Shown here: in pieces, positions 35,967 to 45,155 of the stretch
How the letters are laid out: the number at the start of each line of letters is the position of its first letter
How positions within the stretch are numbered: position 1 is the stretch's first letter
IMG/VR virus record: IMGVR_UViG_3300046171_000193
Location: 1-64,000 of that record
Origin: a virus
DNA length: 64,000 nucleotides
Reading direction: 5' to 3' (one strand)
Program-made: the position numbers and the translations under genes
The notes under the pieces: generated by a model
Told to the model about the DNA's origin: nothing
The model's input: only the letters and a program-made list of their open reading frames with translations
Database searches by the model: none

Positions 35967-35989
35967 AAACGTAATTTAGAGGAATAATT

Positions 35990-36934
35990 ATGTCATCAGG
36001 TCTATCACGATTTAATAAAAAACCTATTATTATTTCAGCTGGCTGTTCTTTTACAGATCCAGATTTTATTTCTAGTTTAGAAGATCTGCCTAGTGAGAGG
36101 CGTGGAGGCTGGCCGATATGGTCAGATAGATTTTGGTGGAAGCTAGAAAAGTTTCATGACAAAAAATATAGAATTATACACACCGGAAAGTCAGGTGGTA
36201 GTATGGACTATGCCTATGAACAGATAATTAAAAACATTTCAGTTTTTGGAAAAAAAATTGACTACGTTTTATGGGGAGGAACTACATGGGAAAGATGGAA
36301 CGATACTCATTCATCTTTTTGTATCAATCCAATGCAATATTTTGCTGATCGAAAACCTATAAAAATAGATGAAAAAGTTGAACGTTACCCTCTTGAGGAA
36401 TGGGAAATGTTTGGAGATATATCTATTGCATTAATGTCAAAATATTATGGCACAAAAGATGGAAAAATCAGAATAATGAACGAAGGTCTCCGTAAAATGT
36501 GGACTATACTTAAATTATGTGAACAATATAATATTACTCTTTTATATTATCAAATACTCGCACCTATAGCAGGTAGTAACTATATTAAAAAATGTATACA
36601 AAGACATTATAATATAAGTGATGATTCTCCTCATATGGATTGGCGTACCCCGATTTCAGTAAGATGCGAACTAGATGCAGATTATGAATGGGAAATGTCA
36701 GAATCTCAAAAGTCTCCTTATTTTAGAGATTTACTACAATACAATAAGCATTTTCTTGGTGTATATTATTTAGAACCAGATAGCAGACCGTGGAATTGGG
36801 ACAATACAACTGATGAAAATGTAATTGATAATACTAAAAATTCGCACGGCGTTAGAGATGGACATCCAAATATGTATGGCCATAAAAATATAGCAAACTG
36901 CTTATGGAGACATTATGAAGCTAATTTTACATAG
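35990..36934 (+). CDS. SGNH/GDSL-like hydrolase-fold protein
   Basis: AGCSFT, GKSGGS, DGHPN. Confidence 0.65.
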   Translation: MSSGLSRFNKKPIIISAGCSFTDPDFISSLEDLPSERRGGWPIWSDRFWWKLEKFHDKKYRIIHTGKSGGSMDYAYEQIIKNISVFGKKIDYVLWGGTTWERWNDTHSSFCINPMQYFADRKPIKIDEKVERYPLEEWEMFGDISIALMSKYYGTKDGKIRIMNEGLRKMWTILKLCEQYNITLLYYQILAPIAGSNYIKKCIQRHYNISDDSPHMDWRTPISVRCELDADYEWEMSESQKSPYFRDLLQYNKHFLGVYYLEPDSRPWNWDNTTDENVIDNTKNSHGVRDGHPNMYGHKNIANCLWRHYEANFT

Positions 36935-37019
36935 AATAAAAATATTTTTAATGCGATTTAAAAAACGTAAAAGACCTGAAGATCAAATATTTGTATACGA
37001 AGAAGATAACGATAATTAA
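36915..37019 (+). CDS. 34-aa peptide MKLILHRIKIFLMRFKKRKRPEDQIFVYEEDNDN
   Basis: GGAG RBS; TAATG coupling to the first rSAM gene. Confidence 0.5.
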   Translation: MKLILHRIKIFLMRFKKRKRPEDQIFVYEEDNDN

Positions 37020-37633
37020 TGTATAACTTTCATCTTGATATTAGTAACACATGTACGTTAAAGTGTGGTGAGTGTATAAGGCAGATCTTACCAGGTAAAA
37101 TGGATAAGCCATCAATGGGTGGTAAAAATTTGCCATTAGAAGATTTTAAAAAAATTGCAGACGCTTGTGATTGGTTATCTTTTAATGGTCAAGTATCTGA
37201 TCCTATTTTTAATCCAAATTTTATCGATATGCTAAGATACTTAAACGATCACACTGATCCGAAATGGCATAGATATAATACTATCTACACATCTGCTACT
37301 ACTAAAAAACGCAGCAGAGATTGGTACAAAGAAGCGTTCGAAGTTAATAAAGATTTTAAGTGGTTCTTTGGCATTGACGGTTTACCTCATCAGAGTCATC
37401 AATATAGGCAGGGTCAAGATGGAGTCTTCTTATTTGAAATGATGTGCATAGCTGCAGAAATGGGTAATAATACTTGCTGGCAATATATAATATTTAACTA
37501 TAATGAAGATTCTATCGAAGATGCAAAAATTCTAGCTGACACTTTTGATTTAAATTTGCAGCTAGTTAAATCAAATCGTTGGGATCATGTTCCACATTTA
37601 AAACCATCTAAGGGTAATTATAGAGATGACTAA
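37019..37633 (+). CDS. radical SAM protein (no fused SPASM)
   Basis: CTLKCGEC; GQVSDP; GIDG. Confidence 0.85.
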   Translation: MYNFHLDISNTCTLKCGECIRQILPGKMDKPSMGGKNLPLEDFKKIADACDWLSFNGQVSDPIFNPNFIDMLRYLNDHTDPKWHRYNTIYTSATTKKRSRDWYKEAFEVNKDFKWFFGIDGLPHQSHQYRQGQDGVFLFEMMCIAAEMGNNTCWQYIIFNYNEDSIEDAKILADTFDLNLQLVKSNRWDHVPHLKPSKGNYRDD

Positions 37634-37967
37634 ATTATCTCCTCTATGTTTACATAATAATACCGGTCGAGCTTTAGTCAACAGTGGTTGGATTTTACCC
37701 TGTTGTTTTATTGATTATGATTTTAGATATTATCTAGATACACTACCAAAAGAATTTCAAAATTTAGTAGATGAAGAATTAAAGCTTTCTAATGTCGAAA
37801 GTGTAGAAAAGCTTTTTGAAAGTAAACAATGGAAACAATTCTTGCAGTATATGCAAGATGCACATGATGGTAAAATTGTGTGTAAAGTAAAAACGTGTAA
37901 TGAGTTTTGCACAAAGAATTTTGATCAAGATCCAACCGCACATAGAGAGCGCGCCAATGTTTTGTAA
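37626..37967 (+). CDS. stand-alone SPASM/twitch Fe-S domain
   Basis: LC-x12-GWILPCC...CxxxC. Confidence 0.7.
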   Translation: MTKLSPLCLHNNTGRALVNSGWILPCCFIDYDFRYYLDTLPKEFQNLVDEELKLSNVESVEKLFESKQWKQFLQYMQDAHDGKIVCKVKTCNEFCTKNFDQDPTAHRERANVL

Positions 37968-39072
37968 AGCCTTTAATAAGTCTCTTGTTGTAGAACCCGG
38001 AAAAACACTAGCAGTGTGTTGTTCTGATGGAAGTAGAATGTTAAAGTCATCTTTAGCAGATATAACAAGTCTTAGTGATTTTTTCTATAATAGTAAAAGA
38101 TATAATGATATAAGAGAAGAAGTTAAAAACTTAACTAGCCCTACTCAGTATGATAATTGTCTGTCCTGTCAACGAGCTGACCAAGGATATGATACTGAAA
38201 TGAAGGTAATGAATGAAATTAAGTTTCCAAGCTGGAAAGGATATAATAATTCAATCGATTTAAAATTCCTTGAAGTTACTACAAGTAATATATGCAAACA
38301 ATCATGCGTTATGTGTGGAGCAAAGTACAGTAGTACTCATGCCAAATTACAAGGTGAGCTTGGACATATTAGTTTTATGGACGAACGTGAAATGGAAATG
38401 ATATATCAAGTTTTACCTGATATTGACTATCTCTGTCTAAAAGGTGGAGAACCATTCGCAGATCAAAACAATCTAAAGATTTTAACTAGGTTATACGAGT
38501 GCAATCCTGACATAAAAGAAATAGTAATTGTGAGCAATGGTCAAAATATATCACTTCCATTTATACGCATCTTAAATAAATTTTCACCTCAGCAATTAAC
38601 ACTAGGGTTTAGCTTAGATGGTGTTGATGAGGTGTATAACTGGCAAAGAGGATCAGAGTACAGTAAAACTGTCGATACATTAAATCAGCTAACTAAAGAC
38701 ACGGATTTAGTATATTCCATATTAAATACTGTAACGGTATATTCTTTACCGTCGTTGCTTGATACATTTGAAATGCATTGTAGTGATTTAAGAGGTGTTA
38801 ACCATGTCACAAGCTCAAACATAGTTTGGACTCCTGCCTATACAAGTTGTGCCTTATATACACAATCACAAATAGATGATATGATTGGGCCAATAATGGA
38901 ATTTAAAGATACGCCTGAAGTTACCTGGAATAGAAATGGCGTAGATAAAATAAAGTCATTTGGCAATAATAATTTAGTTGAGGCTTTTAGTCGCCACACT
39001 GAAAAATGGAATAATATTCGTAAATTAAATATATACGATCATGTACCCGAACTTTCGTGGATTGGAAAATAA
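37957..39072 (+). CDS. radical SAM protein with an N-terminal SPASM/twitch domain
   Basis: MFCKA...VCC...CLSC; CKQSCVMC; GGEP; SLDG. Confidence 0.85.
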   Translation: MFCKAFNKSLVVEPGKTLAVCCSDGSRMLKSSLADITSLSDFFYNSKRYNDIREEVKNLTSPTQYDNCLSCQRADQGYDTEMKVMNEIKFPSWKGYNNSIDLKFLEVTTSNICKQSCVMCGAKYSSTHAKLQGELGHISFMDEREMEMIYQVLPDIDYLCLKGGEPFADQNNLKILTRLYECNPDIKEIVIVSNGQNISLPFIRILNKFSPQQLTLGFSLDGVDEVYNWQRGSEYSKTVDTLNQLTKDTDLVYSILNTVTVYSLPSLLDTFEMHCSDLRGVNHVTSSNIVWTPAYTSCALYTQSQIDDMIGPIMEFKDTPEVTWNRNGVDKIKSFGNNNLVEAFSRHTEKWNNIRKLNIYDHVPELSWIGK

Positions 39073-39073
39073 A

Positions 39074-39661
39074 ATGATAATTGATATGCAAGACAGCATA
39101 ATAATGAATAAAACTAAAATCGTAGTAAAAAACGGTGATTATGTAGATGTTAAATTTTTAATTAACACACCAGATCAACTTAAAAAACTTCAACATCAAC
39201 CGAAATATTGTTGGAGTAGAAAAGACCCTCAGTTTGTAGAAGCTAATTTGATATGGGAAAAAGTTCATCCTGATTTAATAGTTGAGCAAGGTTGGAATGA
39301 AGAAAAAAATGTTTACACTGTTAGAACAAATTACATAGAACCACTTTTAGTAGATAAAAAATCTTGGGAAAAAGATGCAAAATTATATCTTGACCTAATA
39401 GACGTAATGGGATTTGAAAAAACAAAAGACGATCAAGCTTATTGGAATGTTTATCATGGCCTAAAAGACGGAGAGGAAGTATCTTATATCATAGACTGGG
39501 ACGAATTAATTCAACTAGGTTCAGAAGAGAAGGCATATAATTTTTATAAAGAAGAATTATGTAGGTACCAACATAGTAGAGTATATTTTAAAGATGCTCA
39601 AGCATCTATGCCAGAAATAGAAGAGATGTTCGATAAGTTGTGGAAAGCAAAAGTCGGATAA
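39074..39661 (+). CDS. putative protein-kinase-like (APH/choline kinase type) enzyme
   Basis: VK; DxxxxN (DQAYWN); IIDWD. Confidence 0.45.
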   Translation: MIIDMQDSIIMNKTKIVVKNGDYVDVKFLINTPDQLKKLQHQPKYCWSRKDPQFVEANLIWEKVHPDLIVEQGWNEEKNVYTVRTNYIEPLLVDKKSWEKDAKLYLDLIDVMGFEKTKDDQAYWNVYHGLKDGEEVSYIIDWDELIQLGSEEKAYNFYKEELCRYQHSRVYFKDAQASMPEIEEMFDKLWKAKVG

Positions 39662-40665
39662 TGATCTGCAAAGCCCCATCTAATAACATGTATTTTAATG
39701 TATCAGGCCAGGTATCTCCTTGTTGGAAATTACCGGGATACGTTGACAATTGGTCTCATGAAAGAAGTATTAAAGATATATGGTTTGGAGAACATTTTAA
39801 AAAATATCGAGATGCATTATCAAAAAATATATTTCTAGATAGATGTAAGGAATGTGAGAAAGAGATAAAGTCTGGCGTCTGGCCATTAGCTAAGGCATAC
39901 GAAGAGTTTCCTGTTCAAAAATATCCTAGCCTTCTTGAATTAGAGTTAAGCAATCGTTGTAATTTAGAATGTGTTATGTGCTCGCCTAAATTAAGCAGTG
40001 GTCTTGCTAAAAAGATGGGTTTACCTTTACTTGAACCATACGATGATACATTCAGAGAACAACTTAAAGAGTTTTATCCGCATCTAACTGAGCTGAGATT
40101 TAACGGAGGAGAACCATTTGCACAACAAATCGTATTAGACATATGTGAAGATATTGCAAAGATTGCACCCGACCTGCCTATTAGTATTGCAACTAACGGA
40201 ACTGTTATGAATAAGGTTGTACGTCACTTAATGGACGTGTGTAATTTAAAAATAAATATTAGTATAGACAGCCTTATACCAGAACGATATGCAAAGATAC
40301 GTGTAAATGGAAATCTAAATAAAGTCTTAAAAAACTTTGAAGTATTTAAAGAATACTGTACAAAATATAATAGAAACCTATGTATTATGGTAAATCCCAT
40401 GAGAAATAACTGGGAAGAAATGCCACACTTTGTAGACTTCTGTCAAGAAAATAACGTAAACTTATGGTATAATACCGTACTCTATCCAGCAGCATATGCA
40501 ATACATAATTTGCCAAAAGAAGAATTAAGTCACATATACGATTCTCTTAGACTACAAGTACAAAAGAGAAAAAACCTGGGACAAATAGAGTGGTATAAAT
40601 TAGAACATCTTGTAGAAGATCAAATAAAGAATTGGGTGCTAGACAGCTATGAAAAAGACATTTAA
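39661..40665 (+). CDS. radical SAM protein with an N-terminal SPASM/twitch domain
   Basis: MICKAP...PCW...CKEC; CNLECVMC; GGEP; TNGT; SIDS. Confidence 0.88.
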   Translation: MICKAPSNNMYFNVSGQVSPCWKLPGYVDNWSHERSIKDIWFGEHFKKYRDALSKNIFLDRCKECEKEIKSGVWPLAKAYEEFPVQKYPSLLELELSNRCNLECVMCSPKLSSGLAKKMGLPLLEPYDDTFREQLKEFYPHLTELRFNGGEPFAQQIVLDICEDIAKIAPDLPISIATNGTVMNKVVRHLMDVCNLKINISIDSLIPERYAKIRVNGNLNKVLKNFEVFKEYCTKYNRNLCIMVNPMRNNWEEMPHFVDFCQENNVNLWYNTVLYPAAYAIHNLPKEELSHIYDSLRLQVQKRKNLGQIEWYKLEHLVEDQIKNWVLDSYEKDI

Positions 40666-41443
40666 AGGTCTAGTGAATAAACAAAGATTAGTTATCTCTT
40701 TGGATCTCTCTACTTATTGCAATGCAGCGTGCCCTCAATGCCATAGAACAGATCCTAATGGCTTGGATAAAGTTGACTGGTTACCGCTTATCAAATGGTC
40801 GTTAGAAGATTTTAAACGCCAATTTCCTATAGGTTCCATGAACTCCATAAAATCATTTAACATATGTGGTACATGGGGTGATCCGATTATGAGTAAGGAT
40901 ATCGGTAAAATATGTAAATATATTATTGATAATTCACACGCGTACATACAGATCAATACAAATGGAGGCATGAGAACTCCAGCATTTTATGAGGATCTTG
41001 GAAATTATTGCAAAAATAGATTAACTGTATATTTTGATGTAGATGGAATTACTAATGAGATGCATCAAAAATATCGCAGAGGTGTAGATCTACAAACTGT
41101 TCTAGATAATATGGAAGCGCTATCTTCTACGCCGGCTGATACACGAGCATTTATAATTCTATTTAAACATAATGAAAGCTATGTGTATGATATAAAAAAT
41201 ATGTGTACGATGTATGGCGCAAAAAGTATTCATGTAATTAAGTCAGACAGGTTTTTAGTAAACAATAAATTCGAGTTTATTAACGAAAACGGGAATACAG
41301 AAGTCTTAGAAGAAATAACAAAAAATCTAAATCATATTATTGAAAATCCTTGGATTGATAATGCGTCAGATAATTTGTTAGAAGAAATAGGTAAAAAAGA
41401 TAAAACTGTAATGTCAGACTATGTAGGTGCAAATGACAGATAA
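40649..41443 (+). CDS. radical SAM protein (no fused SPASM)
   Basis: CNAACPQC; GTWGDP; TNGG; DVDG. Confidence 0.88.
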   Translation: MKKTFKGLVNKQRLVISLDLSTYCNAACPQCHRTDPNGLDKVDWLPLIKWSLEDFKRQFPIGSMNSIKSFNICGTWGDPIMSKDIGKICKYIIDNSHAYIQINTNGGMRTPAFYEDLGNYCKNRLTVYFDVDGITNEMHQKYRRGVDLQTVLDNMEALSSTPADTRAFIILFKHNESYVYDIKNMCTMYGAKSIHVIKSDRFLVNNKFEFINENGNTEVLEEITKNLNHIIENPWIDNASDNLLEEIGKKDKTVMSDYVGANDR

Positions 41444-41762
41444 ACCACGCATAACGTGTAAATGGCTAGAAGACGATAATATTCTTATCAATCCAGACGG
41501 TCAAGTTCTTCCATGTTGCTACTTAGGAAACACTAACTTTTTAAACGATTTAGACAGCAGTGAAGGTAGATCATGGAACAACCATGAAGTATTAATTAAA
41601 TATAAGGAAAATAAAAAACTATTTAATTTAAATCATAAAACATTAGATGAAATATTAATGTCAGAATGGTTCAATGTTGATCTTCCAAAATCTTGGGAAA
41701 GCTATGATACGCTGGCTTTACCTTGTAAAACGTTTTGTGATGGCTTTGAAAAAAAATTATAA
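41427..41762 (+). CDS. stand-alone SPASM/twitch Fe-S domain
   Basis: CKW...NPDGQVLPCC...CKTFC. Confidence 0.75.
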   Translation: MQMTDKPRITCKWLEDDNILINPDGQVLPCCYLGNTNFLNDLDSSEGRSWNNHEVLIKYKENKKLFNLNHKTLDEILMSEWFNVDLPKSWESYDTLALPCKTFCDGFEKKL

Positions 41763-41810
41763 GTGATTGATTTTCAACAAAACTATTTTTCAAAAAACCG
41801 CAATTAACTG

Positions 41811-41839
41811 TGTACAAATGCTTCTGAATAGTGTAGGAT
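41811..41839 (+). promoter_or_regulatory. early-type promoter TGTACA-N17-TAGGAT
   Basis: Motif plus GAGGAG RBS. Confidence 0.8.
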
Positions 41840-41864
41840 GGTTACATCAAATGAGGAGATAACC

Positions 41865-42194
41865 ATGAAAGTTACAGTTTATCATAAAGATTTCGATACA
41901 AGCAGCTTCACAAAAGTTGCCATTGTTAATGTTCCAAAAGAACATGCTAGCATAAAGAAAGCTGCTCTTGAGTATGCTTATCGTTGGACTCAGAATATTG
42001 CTGATAGCTGGAGCCATCCTCAAGGCGTTACCGATAAGAACGAGAACGTTGAGATTGTTGCCGATCTTCCTGTACATAATGGACGTACTATGGGTCTTCG
42101 TTCTTCTATGATGTTTGACCGCATGGATTTTGGCGGTGATGATGTATATGAAGTTGCAATGTGTGGCTTCGATAGAGTAAAGGAGGCAGCGTAA
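41865..42194 (+). CDS. hypothetical early protein
   Basis: RBS and promoter. Confidence 0.75.
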   Translation: MKVTVYHKDFDTSSFTKVAIVNVPKEHASIKKAALEYAYRWTQNIADSWSHPQGVTDKNENVEIVADLPVHNGRTMGLRSSMMFDRMDFGGDDVYEVAMCGFDRVKEAA

Positions 42195-42589
42195 TGTATA
42201 CTTTTGAAGATAACCTTTTTTCTGATCTGCACAAAGAAGTGTATGGTTTTCGTCCTCGCTATCACCGTTATTATGAATCTTCTAATGATGAAAAGCAAAA
42301 GATCTGGGATGATCTTGTAGACGAGATGGATCAGGCTGTAGCTGATGCTCGTCAAATAGTCAAAGAAGCAATTGGCAGATTTGAAGATCGTATCGCAGAT
42401 GTTATCAAGATTGGTGCTGGTGATCGTAAGACAGCTCTTCGTTGGATCACAGCTAACGAGAAGTTTTTTCACGAACAGAGTGTTGAGCATTTTGTTTGGG
42501 AACAAGGGCTCTTAAACTCTGACTATGGTAAGGCTCTTATAAAAGAGCTTGTAAACTTAGTTGAATACGAAGACATGGAATGGGCATAA
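42194..42589 (+). CDS. hypothetical early protein
   Basis: SDLHKEVYGFRPR; AGGAGG RBS. Confidence 0.75.
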   Translation: MYTFEDNLFSDLHKEVYGFRPRYHRYYESSNDEKQKIWDDLVDEMDQAVADARQIVKEAIGRFEDRIADVIKIGAGDRKTALRWITANEKFFHEQSVEHFVWEQGLLNSDYGKALIKELVNLVEYEDMEWA

Positions 42590-42819
42590 TGGAAGGAATT
42601 GAATTTGATGGAAAAGTTTACGACGATAGGCACGGAGGCCCTTTTGATCGTGGAGCGGCTGATTCGTATTACCGTAGGGGTTCTAATCCTCATTATTATA
42701 TCGGTTCAACTTATCAATCTCCTATCATAAAAGAAGATGAGATGACTAATGAGCAATTGGATGCATATCAAGCAGGCTATAGATATAATCAAGAGCAAGG
42801 CGATTTTAAAGAGTGGTGA
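42580..42819 (+). CDS. hypothetical protein
   Basis: RHGGPFDRGAADSYY. Confidence 0.7.
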   Translation: MGIMEGIEFDGKVYDDRHGGPFDRGAADSYYRRGSNPHYYIGSTYQSPIIKEDEMTNEQLDAYQAGYRYNQEQGDFKEW

Positions 42820-42820
42820 T

Positions 42821-43054
42821 ATGTTTACAAATGAAATTGATTGGGATGAAACCGTAACAACAGTTATGGACGAAACAGGAAGAGAAGAGGATGTAGTCTT
42901 ATTTGTCGGAGACACTGGTGTCTACATTCGTCAGTGGAATGAGAGGAATAATAACCATGATCTTATTTCGATGAATCACAAAATGTTTACCGAGTTGTTA
43001 CAAGCGGTAAAACACGAAGAAGGATTCTTTCGTACTGTTGTAAAAAGGGTGTGA
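42821..43054 (+). CDS. hypothetical protein
   Basis: GGTG RBS; in operon. Confidence 0.65.
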   Translation: MFTNEIDWDETVTTVMDETGREEDVVLFVGDTGVYIRQWNERNNNHDLISMNHKMFTELLQAVKHEEGFFRTVVKRV

Positions 43055-43092
43055 TAAAAATATTACACCTAAAAACTAAATATATTTAACTG

Positions 43093-43121
43093 TGTACATT
43101 CGTGTATTTTCAGTGTAGTAT
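43093..43121 (+). promoter_or_regulatory. early-type promoter TGTACA-N17-TAGTAT
   Basis: Motif match. Confidence 0.8.
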
Positions 43122-43146
43122 AGGATTATAACATGAGGAGAAATGT

Positions 43147-43416
43147 ATGACTAATCAAGAAAAAGCTGACCGTTTAGCAACTATTACTAAAATCGCTGAA
43201 AGACAAAAGCGTGAAAAAGCAACTGCGTTGCGTATGGCTAAGCTCAAAGCTAGTTCTAAAACTTTTACAAAAAGAGCGCCAAAGAAAAAGCGCGACTTCA
43301 TGGAGATTCCAAAAGAGTCTAACATGTACCAGTGGACTGATGCTAGTAAGTACGCTAAAGAATACTATGGAGAAACCATGTATGAAACAACCAGATACGA
43401 CAATGACTGGGATTAA
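43147..43416 (+). CDS. hypothetical protein
   Basis: GAGGAG RBS. Confidence 0.7.
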   Translation: MTNQEKADRLATITKIAERQKREKATALRMAKLKASSKTFTKRAPKKKRDFMEIPKESNMYQWTDASKYAKEYYGETMYETTRYDNDWD

Positions 43417-43741
43417 TGGAATAGAAGTCGAGTTAATGCTGAATCCATTAAAGGCTCAGCTTGACAAACTCGAGCAAACCACGACAAACATCAGTATCAA
43501 GTTAGATTCCTTGATACATGTTACTCTTGCGTGGAATGAAAGTATCGACAATATTAATGAGCATTTAAAAGAAAGCATGGGCGTAATTAAGGATCATGTT
43601 GGTCTCATAGAAGACGATAATATGCAAATTGATATTGAAGAGTTTATTTTAAAAAGTTCTTATGAAAAAGACGAAGAGGATGATAAGGTAATACACCTGA
43701 GTCCTGATTTATTTAATGGAGGCGAAAGCAGTGATAAGTGA
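43403..43741 (+). CDS. acidic coiled-coil hypothetical protein
   Basis: Fills the operon gap; start uncertain. Confidence 0.5.
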   Translation: MTGINGIEVELMLNPLKAQLDKLEQTTTNISIKLDSLIHVTLAWNESIDNINEHLKESMGVIKDHVGLIEDDNMQIDIEEFILKSSYEKDEEDDKVIHLSPDLFNGGESSDK

Positions 43742-43997
43742 AATTGAAATGGAGATTACGGTGGACCGTAGTGAGATGATGCAAGAGTTACGTGATCGTA
43801 ACTGTGAAGTTATCTTTCGTAAAGTTGATGGTACTGAACGTACTATGATTTGTACTCTGAATGAGAGTGCGATTGATAATGGAGATACAGCAAAACGTGA
43901 AGTCAAATCGCGTAACGATAATGTTCTTGCTGTATGGGATGTAGAAAATAAAGGATGGCGATCTTTCCGGATCGACTCTGTCATATCTTTTACATAG
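43716..43997 (+). CDS. Sm-like/SH3 (WYL_2-type) protein
   Basis: FRKVDGTERTMICTL...WDVENKGWRSFR. Confidence 0.75.
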   Translation: MEAKAVISEIEMEITVDRSEMMQELRDRNCEVIFRKVDGTERTMICTLNESAIDNGDTAKREVKSRNDNVLAVWDVENKGWRSFRIDSVISFT

Positions 43998-44010
43998 TAT
44001 AAATAGATAA

Positions 44011-44214
44011 ATGTTTATACCGTTAGAATACCTTTTTGCTATTACTACAACAGTTGTAGCATACTTGACTTATCGTCTTGGCAAAAAAGATGATGCTGAC
44101 TTTAGAGACGATGTAGTTAACTCAACTATAGATTATCTTATTCAAGAAAATATGGTAAAATGGAAACGTCACAGTGACGGCGAGATAGAATTATTTCCTC
44201 TCGACGAAAAATAA
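44011..44214 (+). CDS. small membrane-anchored protein
   Basis: N-terminal TM; late promoter TATAAATA at 43998. Confidence 0.6.
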   Translation: MFIPLEYLFAITTTVVAYLTYRLGKKDDADFRDDVVNSTIDYLIQENMVKWKRHSDGEIELFPLDEK

Positions 44215-44217
44215 CTG

Positions 44218-44246
44218 TGTACATTTCTGTTTTTTCGTGTTAGAAT
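44218..44246 (+). promoter_or_regulatory. early-type promoter TGTACA-N17-TAGAAT
   Basis: Motif match. Confidence 0.8.
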
Positions 44247-44271
44247 AGTATTATATTATGAGGAGTATATT

Positions 44272-44754
44272 ATGGAACAAGTGAAAAAGATTCGTAAGAA
44301 ACGTAAGCCAATGTCAGAAGAGCAGCGAGCAGCTGCAGCTGAACGACTTAAGGTAGCACGAGAAAAACGTATGAAAGCAAATCCGCCTACGTACAAGAAT
44401 ATACATCCTGACGTATTAGCTGTACCAGAAAATCAGCCTATGTCTTTAAAGAGTGTACGACAGTGGATTAAAACACAAAAGGATCTGATGTCAGCCGAGC
44501 GTAAAGCTATGCGAGCTGATACAAATAATAAAACTGGTGCCTATAGTAGATTTCATAATCATCAATCATACATTAGAAACCTAGAACGCTATTTACGTGA
44601 TGGCGTATATGCTGATGATTTCTATGGTGAGTATGGTACATCTAAAATTAAATGGCATTGCTTAGTACCTGCCTATGATAAAGACGGTGAAATCAAACGT
44701 ACGCATGGCGTGTTCTATGATGATATAGGTACTGTATGGAGCGATTATGATTGA
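44272..44754 (+). CDS. conserved hypothetical protein upstream of gp33
   Basis: GAGGAG RBS; RKPMSEEQRAAAAERL. Confidence 0.7.
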   Translation: MEQVKKIRKKRKPMSEEQRAAAAERLKVAREKRMKANPPTYKNIHPDVLAVPENQPMSLKSVRQWIKTQKDLMSAERKAMRADTNNKTGAYSRFHNHQSYIRNLERYLRDGVYADDFYGEYGTSKIKWHCLVPAYDKDGEIKRTHGVFYDDIGTVWSDYD

Positions 44755-44977
44755 ATCAAAGTTTTTAACTAAATCTAAGTTCAGCATTCTTATCGAGAAT
44801 GCTGTCCTTAAAAAGAAAATGTCATACATGGATGCTGTTCTCGACGTCTGTGATAGGAATGACATTGACCCTGAGGATGTAAAGAAGTTTATATCCACAC
44901 CAATTCGAGACAAAATCGAAGCCGAAGCAATGAGGCTTAACTTTCTTCCGAAAGGAAACACACTACTTTTTGAATAG
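44747..44977 (+). CDS. gp33: late-transcription coactivator gp33
   Basis: FSILIE...SYMDAV...KIEAEAMRLNFL; syntenic with gp32. Confidence 0.85.
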   Translation: MIESKFLTKSKFSILIENAVLKKKMSYMDAVLDVCDRNDIDPEDVKKFISTPIRDKIEAEAMRLNFLPKGNTLLFE

Positions 44978-44986
44978 GAGAATAAA

Positions 44987-45136
44987 ATGACTACGACTCG
45001 TGACGAACGTATGGCAAAATCTGCAGCAGCCCGAATCAAACGTAGAGGACTGAAGCAAACCTTACTATCAAAGACCGACAGGTTTTTTACGAGAATGAGA
45101 AAACTCCGAAGAAAGAAACAAAAGAGTGTACACTAA
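44987..45136 (+). CDS. small very basic protein (49 aa)
   Basis: AGGAG RBS; MTTTRDERMAKSAAARIKRR... Confidence 0.6.
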   Translation: MTTTRDERMAKSAAARIKRRGLKQTLLSKTDRFFTRMRKLRRKKQKSVH

Positions 45137-45155
45137 CGCATGTATAGTGTATAAT
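45127..45155 (+). promoter_or_regulatory. early-type promoter TGTACA-N17-TATAAT
   Basis: Motif upstream of gp32. Confidence 0.8.

Noticed and set aside
43050-43069. GTGTGAT-N6-ATTACAC inverted repeat as a CRP site
   Set aside because: Half-site spacing does not fit TGTGA-N6-TCACA; single imperfect occurrence
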